Notes: a model not told the origin generated them from the letters alone. A DNA stretch of 62,984 nt, filler included, from a bacterium (GCA_026985515.1; 6 parts of 6 records of this genome joined end to end with filler, not necessarily neighbours in it); one strand, 5' to 3'. Positions 38,400-49,102 are shown, counted from the first letter of the whole stretch. Numbers and translations: made by a program.

Positions 38400-40397
38400 A
38401 TGATGAGGAAGTTAGTGGTGGGAGTTGCTTTGGTGCTTGCTTTTTCTCTGGGGATGGGAGGATGTGGAAAAAAAGAGCATAAAGAGGATCCGGAAAAGGC
38501 TGAAACTCGACAACAGATAACGGTGGCCAAGGGGTATCTCTCTGATGGAGAGTATGACCTTGCGTATGAGGAGTTTAAAAAAATTACTATGATGCACAAT
38601 GGAGCGGGACCGAAGTATTACAGGGGAGAAGCCTTCTATGGACTGGGATTGTCTCTGATGCTGAAAAATATCAATGACATCGTGAACCAGATTTCTGGTC
38701 TACTGGGTGGACTTGGTGCAATTATGAATCAACCCGTTTCCTCCCCTGATTACGAGAAGGAGATTATTCTGAACGAAATAAATAAGTTTGAGCCACAGGG
38801 AGGGACAGATACCCTTGTAAAGAGTTTTATGGATAGTTTCATAGATATGTTTGAGAACTGGAAAAAGGCTTTTAATGAGGTTAAGCAGGTTGGAAAGTTG
38901 AATTTTGTAATCTCTCCCTTCCCTGTTTACTTCGGAAAAATGAAGATAATGGATCTTTCCGGTGAGCATGATATGGGAGAGGTGTATTTTATAAATGCTA
39001 CCCTGAATATCATTCTTGGCTGGCTTTACTTCTTCAGGAGCGCAAACTATGAAATAAATATCACTGATCCCCGGCTGATAAATTTTCTTGTGAAATATTT
39101 GCTTCCAAAGATAACAGATAAGAATTCAAAGAAAATTCCCCTGATTATGAATGCTGTGACTCTTCTCTTAAATGTGAGTCCCAACTTTCTCACACTCGCA
39201 GGAGATGGTGTGAAAAGCAGTCAGACTGCCAGGGCAGATTTTCAGACTGCCTATGCAGATTTTGCCAATACGATTGTGGAGATCAGAAGCGAGACAGATG
39301 ACCAGAAGGACGACATTATCCAGTACTACAAAGATGACAAGGGAAGAGAGTTTGCAGTATTTAACATTCATGATTTGAACCTGAGCACCTCTGTGATTCC
39401 AGGCAACATTGGTGGAGAGGAGATACCCAGTGTTACCATTTCTCCTGAGAATAAGTTGATGCTGAACATTGGAAATGGCATGGAGGAGAAATTGAGGAAG
39501 GCTTCTGATAATTTCAAACCGGGTGGTCCAGCTGTGTCCTGGGCTGAAGATATTGCTCCCATTGTTTCGGCTCTGGCGGTAATGATTCTCAAATCTGGAA
39601 TGTTAAATGATCTGATAGAATCTGCTCTTTCCCAGCTTGGAGATAGCAATAAGAATATCAAAGATATGATAGAATCTATTTTAAATTCTGACATCATTGA
39701 TGAGAATATGATAACCGGTATTTTAACTGGATTTATTCCCGATTTTATTGCGTTCAAGTTCGGTGATTTCTACAATAATCCTCCAGCTGGTGGTTACAGA
39801 TCCCTTCTTCCTGCCTGGACAGACGGGATTGAAGTCTATGAAAATGACGCAACCTATCCCACTGATTATTTTATCCTTGAATATGAGTGTGCAGATCCGA
39901 CAAAACCAATTTATGATGTCAGGGGTCCACTGGGTCCACTTCTTGTTGACTCAATTGTATGTAACTCAACTTACTATAATACTGAAGGGGTGACTGCTAC
40001 TACTGCCCGGGATCAGTCTCATTTCACGCACAGTGGATGGGTATATAAGGAATACTCTGATACAGTTTCAGGTGTGATTCAGAATATTAAACCTCTCGAT
40101 GAGGTAAGTGAGGAATACCAGGGTTTTTCTGAAGATAGTTTTCCGGGGATACTCCCTTACATTTATTTCCCTGATCCATCCCTTGATGGTTTGATCCTGC
40201 TCAAACTGAGGCCATTGATTGACAACAGTGTTGATGTTGATAAGCTTCAGGAATGCAGTGGAATGCTTGATGACTGGGCAAAACCCTCTCCTGGACCCGA
40301 CGGTAACAAGTGTTTGAATTTTGCCATCAACAAGGTATTTACCACTCTTATAAATACTCTTAACCTTGCGGACTCGCTGGTTATAAGTGCCAGATAG
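38400..40397 (+). CDS. Large hypothetical lipoprotein with N-terminal TPR-like segment
   Basis: SD AGGAGG; MGGC lipobox; AKGYLSDGEYDLAYEEF...EAFYGLGL TPR-like stretch. Confidence 0.8.
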   Translation: MMRKLVVGVALVLAFSLGMGGCGKKEHKEDPEKAETRQQITVAKGYLSDGEYDLAYEEFKKITMMHNGAGPKYYRGEAFYGLGLSLMLKNINDIVNQISGLLGGLGAIMNQPVSSPDYEKEIILNEINKFEPQGGTDTLVKSFMDSFIDMFENWKKAFNEVKQVGKLNFVISPFPVYFGKMKIMDLSGEHDMGEVYFINATLNIILGWLYFFRSANYEINITDPRLINFLVKYLLPKITDKNSKKIPLIMNAVTLLLNVSPNFLTLAGDGVKSSQTARADFQTAYADFANTIVEIRSETDDQKDDIIQYYKDDKGREFAVFNIHDLNLSTSVIPGNIGGEEIPSVTISPENKLMLNIGNGMEEKLRKASDNFKPGGPAVSWAEDIAPIVSALAVMILKSGMLNDLIESALSQLGDSNKNIKDMIESILNSDIIDENMITGILTGFIPDFIAFKFGDFYNNPPAGGYRSLLPAWTDGIEVYENDATYPTDYFILEYECADPTKPIYDVRGPLGPLLVDSIVCNSTYYNTEGVTATTARDQSHFTHSGWVYKEYSDTVSGVIQNIKPLDEVSEEYQGFSEDSFPGILPYIYFPDPSLDGLILLKLRPLIDNSVDVDKLQECSGMLDDWAKPSPGPDGNKCLNFAINKVFTTLINTLNLADSLVISAR

Positions 40398-40475
40398 ACT
40401 TAAAAAAACAGGGTGGGGCTTGACAGAGCGGTATTTTTGTTGTAAAAGATTAGAGATTTTACAAAGGAGGAGTAA

Positions 40476-42005
40476 ATGAGATTTAAAATTAGTATCCTGC
40501 TCCTGATTTTTCTACTACCTGCATCTGTAATTGCTGATCTGGGTTTCTTTCAGGATGTTTCCCTGAGCATTGACGGTTATTATCGTGTCAGAAATTACAG
40601 ATTGTGGGATGTGGATGCAGACAGGGATACTGGAATTGGGAATTTTGCATATTTCACCCATGAATTGAGGTTAAAGCCCACTTTAAATTTAAATGAAAAA
40701 ATATCCCTGAAACTTGATATTCTTGGAATTACAGGAACCTTTGGGAATAATCCGGGCAATGTTTTAACAATGTCAACTGCAGCAACTTATCCCACCATTA
40801 TTGTAAAGAGAGCTTATGGAGAAATTAGATTACCTTTTGGGGTGCTTCTGGCTGGTCGTATGCCTTCCCACTTTGGAATGGGAATTCTCTCCAATGATGG
40901 AGATCATCCTGTTGAGTTTGGTGATACTGAAATTGGAAATACATACGATAGAATCCTCTTTGCCACAAAACCTCTTGGTGAGAAAAGCGATCTTCTGGTT
41001 GGAGTGTTTCTTGATAAACTTGTTGAGGGGGAGAGGTTACCCCAGCTTGAACCTGCAAATTTTTCCGTCAGTACGGGAAGCTCCAGGGATAGCATAAATG
41101 AAGCGGGACTGGTCATAAAGTTTAAAAAGGAAGGTTTTAGAACAGGCCTATATTTTCTCAATAGATGGCAGAAATCCACAAAAACCAGTCTTTACATTCC
41201 CGATTTTTGCCTTGCTTATACAAGGGGAATCTTCCATTTAAATTTTGAATTGGCCTATATTGGAGGGAAAACGAGTGCTTTTCCTGTGATGATGAAGAGT
41301 GGATATATTGCGAAACCCGAAATAGATGTCGCTTCTTTCGGGTCAGTTTTAAGAGTTGGGGCAAAAGTGAAACCTCTTGAGGATCTCTACCTTGAAACAG
41401 GTTATGCATCAGGAGATGAGGCAGGTAAAGATGCCTTCAGTGATCTTAAATACACACAGTTTTCATTTGATCCAAACTATAAGGTTGGTTTGCTGATGTT
41501 TGATTTCGTTGAGAGATACTTTTCAGCTGTAAAAGCACAGGAGGTGGCTCAATATTTGAGCGATAATGCTGAAGTTTTAAGGACGATACAGCGTTACAAC
41601 GGTTTAAATGAGGGTTATGTAAATGAGTATATTGCACTGGTAAATATGCTATATCCAACACATGGTTCAATCAGAAATACCTTTTATGTCTTTCCTGTGG
41701 TGAAATACAGGCCTGTTGATTCTTTTCAGATGAAACTTGGTGTTCTGGGAGCGTGGGTAACCGGTAAGAATCACAGAGTGGAAACTCGCCATGTGGTTGC
41801 AACTTCTTCTGCGGGAGCAGTCTATGCAAAAGGAAGTAACTATGGCTGGGAAGTGGATCTGGGTCTGGAGTTCTTCTATACGAAAAACGCTTCTCTCGGA
41901 ATTCAGGCTGGCTACATGCTTCCCGGGGATGTATTTCAGAAAGCGGACGGATCGAAGCCTGACAGCGTTTATGTATTGATTCCGAGATTGACTTTAACCT
42001 TTTAA
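40476..42005 (+). CDS. Outer-membrane beta-barrel protein (alginate-export/TIGR04551-like)
   Basis: Signal peptide, alternating amphipathic strands, GYYRVR, GR.PSHFG.G, GYASGD, FSFDPNY.VGLLMF, YGWEVD, C-terminal Phe. Confidence 0.8.
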   Translation: MRFKISILLLIFLLPASVIADLGFFQDVSLSIDGYYRVRNYRLWDVDADRDTGIGNFAYFTHELRLKPTLNLNEKISLKLDILGITGTFGNNPGNVLTMSTAATYPTIIVKRAYGEIRLPFGVLLAGRMPSHFGMGILSNDGDHPVEFGDTEIGNTYDRILFATKPLGEKSDLLVGVFLDKLVEGERLPQLEPANFSVSTGSSRDSINEAGLVIKFKKEGFRTGLYFLNRWQKSTKTSLYIPDFCLAYTRGIFHLNFELAYIGGKTSAFPVMMKSGYIAKPEIDVASFGSVLRVGAKVKPLEDLYLETGYASGDEAGKDAFSDLKYTQFSFDPNYKVGLLMFDFVERYFSAVKAQEVAQYLSDNAEVLRTIQRYNGLNEGYVNEYIALVNMLYPTHGSIRNTFYVFPVVKYRPVDSFQMKLGVLGAWVTGKNHRVETRHVVATSSAGAVYAKGSNYGWEVDLGLEFFYTKNASLGIQAGYMLPGDVFQKADGSKPDSVYVLIPRLTLTF

Positions 42006-42027
42006 AAAAACAAAGAGAGGTGAGGAT

Positions 42028-43818
42028 ATGGGAAAATTAAAAGTTTCACTTCTGTTACTTGCACTCCTCTTTTTCGGGTCTTCATTTTTAATGGCTGATA
42101 GTGCACCAGCCCCCGTTACAGCTCCAGAATCAGTGACGAAGGCAACTGCTCCGGCCAGTTTAACAACCACTACAACAAAAGCTCCTGCTCCTTCTACTGC
42201 TCCTGTAACGACTGCAAAAAAAGTAGAGAAAGAGGAGTTGAAGCTTCCGGAAGTTGCAACACCCGAGGAAAAAGGTCCTCAATACTCCCTTTCAGGTTAC
42301 TACAGGGTCAGGGCTTTGAGAATATGGGATCTCAATATGAGAACGACCAATATGCATCTGGAAACAAAGGAGGAGCTGGAGAACATAGGGGCTCAGGATG
42401 TAACTATTTTTTATCACAAATTGAGACTTGAGCCCAAACTTAAATTTAACAAATTCCTGACTCTGAACTTCCAGATAGATGTTTTTAACGACAGGCCCTT
42501 TGGATTGCAGAGTGGCAATGTTCTTGCAATGGATACATCAGATAAAGCTCCCAATATGATTCTCAAAAGGGCATGGGGAGTAATTCTCCTGCCTGTGGGA
42601 ATAATTGAGTTTGGAAGGGTACCTTCAAGCTTTGGTTTCGGGCTGAGTGATAATAATGGAGATAAGGCGGATGATCTTTTCGGAGATTCTCACTATGGCG
42701 ACACCTTTGACAGAATACTTTTTGCCACAAAGCCACTGGGAAGAGGCAGCGATCTGATTCTGGCGCTGGTGGCAGATAAGATCATTGAGGGAGTAAAATC
42801 TTTTGATAATCTCATAAGACCCTCTGGCGCTACTACCTGTCAGAAGGTATTCTGTTTTGGAGGAGATGATCTCAATCAGAGCAGTATTGTATTGCTTTAC
42901 AATATGGGGTCAGGTGAGCATGAAGGAGAGGAAGGTTACGAGGGTCCCATTGTTGTTGGTAATGAGCTTACTTACAGATGGCAGGATTCCACCGATTCAA
43001 GCATATTCAGCAACGATTTTTACCTGAAGGTTAATCTGGGCCTTCTCTACACCAACTATGAATATGTGAAACTTTCTGGATCCACCAAGGCTCTGAGTGT
43101 TATGACCACAGATAATCAGGGTAATATGAAGCTTGTCTATCCGAAAGTAACAGTTGATGCCGCGGGATGGATCTGGGATGTTGGGATTAATACTGATGAG
43201 TACAGATTCAATCTTGAACTGGGTTCAGCAAGTGGAGACATTTTTGGTAACCCGATAAATCCCACCACTGACCACAAATTCACACAATTTTCCTTTCACC
43301 CGGATTACAATGTCGGTCTTTTAATGTTTGAGTATGGGCTGGATACATTTATGAGGGATTATGCAATTTCCCTGCAGAGTGATCTTGAACAGCTTGTTGA
43401 GAATGGTGTGATAAGTGCTGCTGTGGCTCAACAGCTGATAGAATCTCTTTCTTTGCTTGCCACAAATGGAGCAGTTACAAATGCATTTTATGTAAATCCA
43501 GTTTACACACACAAATTGTTTGATAATAACCTCAATATCACTGTGGGTTACCTCTATGCGAGAGCCAATTCACCAAGAAGGCTCGCCAACAATGTAGATG
43601 TTTACAATTACGGTCACGAGATTGATTTCGGCGTGAAGTACAAATATGAGAAAAATGTAATTTTTGGCCTTGAAGGTGGTATTTTCTTCCCTGGAGACTT
43701 TTTTGATTCTGCCTCACCCAGGGTCAGTGGTTATATTAAATCTCCTTCACCCATGTATGGTCTGCTTGGAAAAATTACCTTCGTATTCGGCAGATACGCC
43801 CCCGAAGAAGAGTATTGA
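42028..43818 (+). CDS. Paralogous outer-membrane beta-barrel with N-terminal Pro/Thr/Ala-rich linker
   Basis: Shares GYYRVR, DRILFATKPLG, TQFSF.P.Y.VGLLMF and YG.E.D with the upstream gene; APAPVTAPES...TTTTTKAPAPST linker. Confidence 0.8.
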   Translation: MGKLKVSLLLLALLFFGSSFLMADSAPAPVTAPESVTKATAPASLTTTTTKAPAPSTAPVTTAKKVEKEELKLPEVATPEEKGPQYSLSGYYRVRALRIWDLNMRTTNMHLETKEELENIGAQDVTIFYHKLRLEPKLKFNKFLTLNFQIDVFNDRPFGLQSGNVLAMDTSDKAPNMILKRAWGVILLPVGIIEFGRVPSSFGFGLSDNNGDKADDLFGDSHYGDTFDRILFATKPLGRGSDLILALVADKIIEGVKSFDNLIRPSGATTCQKVFCFGGDDLNQSSIVLLYNMGSGEHEGEEGYEGPIVVGNELTYRWQDSTDSSIFSNDFYLKVNLGLLYTNYEYVKLSGSTKALSVMTTDNQGNMKLVYPKVTVDAAGWIWDVGINTDEYRFNLELGSASGDIFGNPINPTTDHKFTQFSFHPDYNVGLLMFEYGLDTFMRDYAISLQSDLEQLVENGVISAAVAQQLIESLSLLATNGAVTNAFYVNPVYTHKLFDNNLNITVGYLYARANSPRRLANNVDVYNYGHEIDFGVKYKYEKNVIFGLEGGIFFPGDFFDSASPRVSGYIKSPSPMYGLLGKITFVFGRYAPEEEY

Positions 43819-43842
43819 GGGGAATAGTTATTCAGGAAAGTT

Positions 43843-43877
43843 AAAGGGGAAACAGCTATTGCTGTTTCCCCTTTTTT
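43843..43877. terminator. Intrinsic (probably bidirectional) terminator overlapping the lon stop codon
   Basis: Perfect 14-bp stem AAAGGGGAAACAGC / TATT loop / GCTGTTTCCCCTTT between convergent genes, with a T-run on the + strand. Confidence 0.8.
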
Positions 43878-46246
43878 CTTCTAATGCCAAGTGCAATTTT
43901 CAGAACTTCATCATTTCTCTTAACGAAGTGGAACTTTAAGCCCTCGAGCTGATTCTGGGGGATTTCAGTCAGGTCCTTCCTGTTCTTTTCAGGAAGAATT
44001 ATCCTTTTTATGCCCGCTCTTTTAGCAGCGAGTACTTTTTCCCTTATTCCTCCAACTGGGAGTATCATTCCTCTCAGTGTTATTTCTCCCGTCATTGCAA
44101 TTACCGGTTTGACGGGTTTCTCAAGAAACAGCGAGGTAAGAGCTGTGAGTATAGCCACTCCAGCAGATGGGCCATCCTTGGGTATGGCTCCCGCAGGTAT
44201 GTGAAGATGAATATCAACCTCCCCAAAAATTTCGGGATTTATGCCATACTCTTCTGCGTTACTCCTAAGGTAACTCAATGCTGCCTGAGCAGATTCCTTC
44301 ATAACTTCGCCCAGATGACCTGTGAGAATCAGATTACCCTTTCCCTTCATTTTGGTCGCTTCAATGAAGAGTATATCTCCTCCAAATGGTGTCCATGCGA
44401 GACCCACTGTAACTCCGGGTACCGAGGTTCTTTCAGCCACATCACTGTAGTAGATTTCCGGTCCCAGAATCTCCCGCACTTTGTCTGGAGTTATTATGTG
44501 AGTCGATTTGTCCCCTTCTGCCACCTTCATTGCTATGTTTCTGCAGATTGCTGCTATCTGCCTCTCAAGATTCCTGACCCCCGCTTCTCTTGTGTAGGCG
44601 TCTATGATCAGGTTGATGGTTTCATCTGTAAATTTTATGTATTTTTCTTTCAATCCGTGAGCCCTGATCTGTTTTGGAATGAGGAATTTTTTTGCAATTT
44701 CAAGTTTGTCGTCCTGCGTGTAGCCGGGAATTTCTATTACTTCCATTCTGTCCAGTAGAGCAGGTGGAATCGTGTCTGTCACATTTGCAGTGGCGATGAA
44801 CAGTACTTTTGAAAGGTCAAATGGCACTTCAAGATAGTGATCCGAGAATGAATTGTTCTGTTCCGGATCCAGAACTTCAAGCAGTGCTGCTGCAGGATCA
44901 CCTCTGAAGTCTGCACCAAGTTTGTCAATTTCATCCAGCATGAAAACTGGATTATTGGTCCCCGCTTTTTTGATCCCCTGAATTATCCTTCCTGGAAGTG
45001 CTCCAATGTAGGTTCTCCTGTGCCCCCTTATTTCTGCCTCATCCCTTATTCCACCAAGTGAAATGCGTACAAATTTTCTTCCAAGAGCTCGTGCTATGGA
45101 TTTTCCAAGGGATGTTTTTCCCACACCGGGTGGACCGACGAGACAGAGTATCGGGCCTTTAAGGTCTCTTTTGAGTTTCAATACGGATAGGTATTCAAGT
45201 ATTCTCTTCTTAACTTTTTCAAGATTGTAGTGGTCCTGATCAAGGATCTCCCTTGCCTTTTTAATGTTTAATCTGTCTTTAGTCGATTTGTTCCAGGGCA
45301 GTTCAATTAACCAGTCCAGGTAGGTTCTCACCATTGAGTATTCGGGTGAATGAATGTTCATTTTGCTGAGCCTGGAGAGTTCCTTGAGTGCAACAGCCTT
45401 AACGCTCTCAGGCATACCAGCCTTTTCAATTTTTTCTCTGAGTTCTTCTTCCTCTTCTACGCCCTCTTCACCGAGTTCTTTTTTGATTATTTTCAGCTGT
45501 TCTCTGAGGAAGTATTCCTTTTGGGTTTTGTCCATTGAATCCTTGACTTCATTCTGAATTTTTGTGGAGAGTTCGAGGATCTGCAGGTTCCTGTTGAGAT
45601 GATACAGCAATTTCTTCAGCCTTTCAGCCAGGTCATCAATGGCGAGTAATTCCTGTTTTTCCTCAATTGTGAGGGGAAGATTTCCGGCAATTACCCCAAG
45701 GAGAAAATTGGGTTCAGATATATTTTCAATCACATATCTGGCATCATCGGGAATCTGGGGTGAAAGCTTGATAGTCTCAATTGCAAGCTGCTTTATGGTA
45801 GTGACAAGAGCTGATATTTCAATGGAGTTGGGATCTCCCCTGTCCTTAAGATAAGTTACCCTTACTTTTATGTATGGATCCATAGAGATTATTTCGTCAA
45901 TTCTGAATCTTTTTACTCCCTGGACAATGACCTGGTAATTTCCATCCGGATACTGAATGACCTTTGTAATTTTTGATAACACTCCGATCTGATAAAGATC
46001 CTCCAGGGTTGGTTCCTCAATTTCAGGATCTTTCTGGGCAGTTATTCCTATTAACTGATTGAGTGACTCTGCCGCCTTTACCGCTGCCACAGATCTGGGT
46101 CTGCCAACTGTAAGAGGAATCTGGGTCATTGGAAACACAACAGCATTCCTCAGCGGTAAAAGTGGCAGCTCAACCGGTAGATCTGTTTCTTTTATCATAT
46201 CAGCTGGTTCCGGAACGATCCTGTTGAGTTTTTCAAATTCATCCAT
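43856..46246 (-). CDS. lon: ATP-dependent protease La
   Basis: LPLLPLR N-domain, GPPGVGKT, DEIDK, PKDGPSAG catalytic Ser, GGIREK; SD AAGGAG before the ATG at 46246. Confidence 0.97.
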   Translation of the reverse strand: MDEFEKLNRIVPEPADMIKETDLPVELPLLPLRNAVVFPMTQIPLTVGRPRSVAAVKAAESLNQLIGITAQKDPEIEEPTLEDLYQIGVLSKITKVIQYPDGNYQVIVQGVKRFRIDEIISMDPYIKVRVTYLKDRGDPNSIEISALVTTIKQLAIETIKLSPQIPDDARYVIENISEPNFLLGVIAGNLPLTIEEKQELLAIDDLAERLKKLLYHLNRNLQILELSTKIQNEVKDSMDKTQKEYFLREQLKIIKKELGEEGVEEEEELREKIEKAGMPESVKAVALKELSRLSKMNIHSPEYSMVRTYLDWLIELPWNKSTKDRLNIKKAREILDQDHYNLEKVKKRILEYLSVLKLKRDLKGPILCLVGPPGVGKTSLGKSIARALGRKFVRISLGGIRDEAEIRGHRRTYIGALPGRIIQGIKKAGTNNPVFMLDEIDKLGADFRGDPAAALLEVLDPEQNNSFSDHYLEVPFDLSKVLFIATANVTDTIPPALLDRMEVIEIPGYTQDDKLEIAKKFLIPKQIRAHGLKEKYIKFTDETINLIIDAYTREAGVRNLERQIAAICRNIAMKVAEGDKSTHIITPDKVREILGPEIYYSDVAERTSVPGVTVGLAWTPFGGDILFIEATKMKGKGNLILTGHLGEVMKESAQAALSYLRSNAEEYGINPEIFGEVDIHLHIPAGAIPKDGPSAGVAILTALTSLFLEKPVKPVIAMTGEITLRGMILPVGGIREKVLAAKRAGIKRIILPEKNRKDLTEIPQNQLEGLKFHFVKRNDEVLKIALGIRRKKGKQQ

Positions 46247-46307
46247 TTCTATCTCCTTTCCCGGGAGTCCATTATAAATATAACCAGACCCTTCTGTAAA
46301 ACAAGAG

Positions 46308-46757
46308 TTAAAAATATGAGAGCTGTCTGTAACCCTCATAGAGGACAATGGCAACTGAAGAGGAAAGGTTCAGGCTTCTCACTTTTCCCCACATCGGAAT
46401 CCTGTAAGTCCTGTCGCGAAATTTCTCAATTATTTTCTCACTTATTCCCCTTGTTTCACTTCCAAAAATGAGGATGGTCTCCATGGAAAAATCTATCTCA
46501 GTATAGAGCTTTTCGCCTCTTTTGGTCAGTATGGCAAAGTTCTTATTTTCAACCCACTCCCAGAATTCTTCTACCACGGGATACCTGTAAAGTTTGAGAT
46601 ACTCCCAGTAGTCCAGTCCTGCCCTTTTCAGATAACGATCATCAAGGGTGAAACCAAGTCTCCCCGCAAGAATCAGAGGAGTATCAGTGGCGACACAGAG
46701 TCTCGCCAAGTTTCCCGTATTGTAGGGAATTTCTGGCTCAACGAGTGCAACTATCAT
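46308..46757 (-). CDS. trmL: tRNA (cytidine/uridine34-2'-O)-methyltransferase TrmL
   Basis: PEIPYNTGN..RLC, KRAGLDYW, FG.ETRG, IPM...VRSLNLS SPOUT motifs. Confidence 0.95.
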   Translation of the reverse strand: MIVALVEPEIPYNTGNLARLCVATDTPLILAGRLGFTLDDRYLKRAGLDYWEYLKLYRYPVVEEFWEWVENKNFAILTKRGEKLYTEIDFSMETILIFGSETRGISEKIIEKFRDRTYRIPMWGKVRSLNLSSSVAIVLYEGYRQLSYF

Positions 46758-47893
46758 TTCAAATTTTTGGTGTAGAGTCTGTATCTTTTATAGACTCTTC
46801 CCCCAAGAGCCTGAATTGCCCAGTTCATTGGTTCATTATTCTCCAGTATCCATGACATTTCTGCAGATTTGTATCCCAGTTCCATTCCTCTCTGCCATAC
46901 ATCAAGATATAGGACTGCTCCCAGCCCGACATCGTGATAGGCCCTTTTTATCCCGAGGGTGTATACTCTTATTCTGTCCACCTCTTTTAATTTTGCCAGT
47001 CCAATTTTTGACAGATATATCTTTAAAAGGGCTGATAGGGGTAACTTGCCGCTCCTGAATTTGATCAGATACTGGTTGAGATCTGGCAGAGCCACTGTGA
47101 AACCCACCTCTTTTCCATCAACACTTCCTATTCTGACCAGCTTAGGATCAGCATAAAAGAGGGTATGATTTGATACAAATTCATATTCCTCATCATCCAT
47201 TGGTACAAAGCAGCAGTTTTTACTCCATGCGTCGTTGTAAATATCTTTTGTTATTCTATCGTCCCGGAAAAAGTGAAGAAGGCTGAAGGTACGCACGCTT
47301 ATGTTGGCTCTTTTTTTCACCTTTTCGGCAGCTTTCACAAGACCCTCAGGTGGATCGTGCGCCTCTATGTAGTAGGCTAAGAGATCCATGTACTTTTCAA
47401 AGCCAAGATCATCTATGAACTTAACATAGTACTCGGGATTATAAGTCATCTCCACCACGGGTGGTGAGTCAAAACCTTCTATCAGCAACCCGCATGTGTG
47501 GTTGGTTGAAAAATTGAAGGGTCCCCTGAGTGCATCTTTTTTATTTTTCCTGGCAAATTCCTCTGCCGTATCAAATAAAGCCTTTGCCACTTCAAAGTCA
47601 TTTATGCTTTCAAAAAAGCCAAAATGTGCTACATTTTCCTTCCAGTACTCATTGTATGTGTGATCCACAAAGGCGGCAATAGTACCTGCCGGTTCTCCAT
47701 CTTTGTAGGCAACATAAAGGTCAACATCAGCATGTTTGAAAAATGGATTTTTCTTTGAATCAAGGAACTTTTGTCTGTGGCTCAGGATGGGTGCAACCCA
47801 GTTGGGGTCATTTTCGTAAACTTTCCAGGGGAATTTCAGAAAATCGTTAAAGGTTTTTTTGTCCTCAACTTTTTTGATTTCAATTTTCCCCAT
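46754..47893 (-). CDS. YghO-like GNAT-fold protein
   Basis: F..FPW..Y..DPNWV.P, NPFF.H, FGFFES, GP.NFSTN...GLL..GF, YNPEYY, AEMSWILE.N..M, KRYRLY. Confidence 0.8.
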   Translation of the reverse strand: MGKIEIKKVEDKKTFNDFLKFPWKVYENDPNWVAPILSHRQKFLDSKKNPFFKHADVDLYVAYKDGEPAGTIAAFVDHTYNEYWKENVAHFGFFESINDFEVAKALFDTAEEFARKNKKDALRGPFNFSTNHTCGLLIEGFDSPPVVEMTYNPEYYVKFIDDLGFEKYMDLLAYYIEAHDPPEGLVKAAEKVKKRANISVRTFSLLHFFRDDRITKDIYNDAWSKNCCFVPMDDEEYEFVSNHTLFYADPKLVRIGSVDGKEVGFTVALPDLNQYLIKFRSGKLPLSALLKIYLSKIGLAKLKEVDRIRVYTLGIKRAYHDVGLGAVLYLDVWQRGMELGYKSAEMSWILENNEPMNWAIQALGGRVYKRYRLYTKNLK

Positions 47894-48023
47894 TTTCTCC
47901 TCTCTTTCTTTGTTGAGGAAATTTTACAATTTTTCACAGATAAATGCAACATTCAGTAATTAACTGGATAAAAAACTCCGTTGTTGATAAAATATCTCAA
48001 AAAAGCAGGGAGGAGGAGTAATT

Positions 48024-49052
48024 ATGAAGTGGTGGAAATTCTTCATTAGTGCCAGTTTTATTTTTCTATTCATTTTTTCATATTCAGGATGTAGTTTGCC
48101 CCAGCAGGATGTCGAAAGTGTGACTCTCAGTGGAGCCTACGCAACAGATATTTCCGCGGATCAGGTGAAATTTAAAATTTCAGTAACCCCTCTCGATAAG
48201 GATGGCAATTTTATCAGTGAAGGAGTGACAGAGGATAATTTTTCCTTTAAGAATGTAAAAGTTTACCAGATCGAAGATCCCGCCGATGAGGGTGAGTTTT
48301 ACACATCAGCGGATGTAAAGGTTACATCCCTGACCATCAAGGAGGTTACCGAAAAGACGAGGCTTGTGGGAGCAATCGTAATTGATAGTTCCGGAAGCAT
48401 GGAAGACAATGATCCCGACAGGGTGAGAGTGACTGCTGCTAAAAAATTTGTAAGTCACATCAGGTCTGGAGACAAACTCTGTGTGTATGATTTTGGTTCG
48501 GGAGAGGCTGATGTCAGATTATTGCAGGATTTTACAGATTCAAAAGAGGATTTGCTTGATGCAATTGACCAGGTGGAGGCAACTGATGGAACTCCCCTTT
48601 ATGCTGCTCTGGTGCAGGCTGCTGAACATCTTGAGGAATTTAAAGAAGATGAGGGGAGAAGTGGGGATCGCTACTTTATAATTGTTCTTACCGATGGTTC
48701 TTCCACCGATGATTATTATTCCCTTGATGATGCAATAAGCGCTGCAAAGAATGTACCCGCTCCAGTTTATGCGATCGGTCTCGGAAGCGATGTGAATGTT
48801 GATGATCTCACAACACTGGCTCTTGAAACAGGAGGGTGGTACCTTCAGGCTGAGGACGCTGATCAGCTGACCAGTTTTTTCGATGCTCAGGGTGTAGCAA
48901 CATCAAAGGGTTACGTTGTTGTTAATGGTGAGGGTACATTTAACGATCCTCTGGAGGAGGGGCTCTACAGAATCAAGGGTGAACTTGTAACTTCCATAGG
49001 AGAGGGTGAGGTAACAACGCCATTTGATTTTGTTTTTGATTACGAAGAGTAA
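48024..49052 (+). CDS. von Willebrand factor A domain lipoprotein
   Basis: YSGC lipobox; MIDAS DSSGSM, GTPLYAA, IVLTDG, YAIGLG, LA.ETGG. Confidence 0.9.
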   Translation: MKWWKFFISASFIFLFIFSYSGCSLPQQDVESVTLSGAYATDISADQVKFKISVTPLDKDGNFISEGVTEDNFSFKNVKVYQIEDPADEGEFYTSADVKVTSLTIKEVTEKTRLVGAIVIDSSGSMEDNDPDRVRVTAAKKFVSHIRSGDKLCVYDFGSGEADVRLLQDFTDSKEDLLDAIDQVEATDGTPLYAALVQAAEHLEEFKEDEGRSGDRYFIIVLTDGSSTDDYYSLDDAISAAKNVPAPVYAIGLGSDVNVDDLTTLALETGGWYLQAEDADQLTSFFDAQGVATSKGYVVVNGEGTFNDPLEEGLYRIKGELVTSIGEGEVTTPFDFVFDYEE

Positions 49053-49067
49053 TTTCCTCTGTCTGAT

Positions 49068-49096
49068 TTGAACAAAGCTCCTCCTTCTATTAAAAT
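49068..49096 (+). promoter_or_regulatory. Sigma70 promoter positioned for a leaderless transcript
   Basis: TTGAAC-N17-TAAAAT, 6 nt before GTG 49103. Confidence 0.55.
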
Positions 49097-49102
49097 AGAA
49101 AG

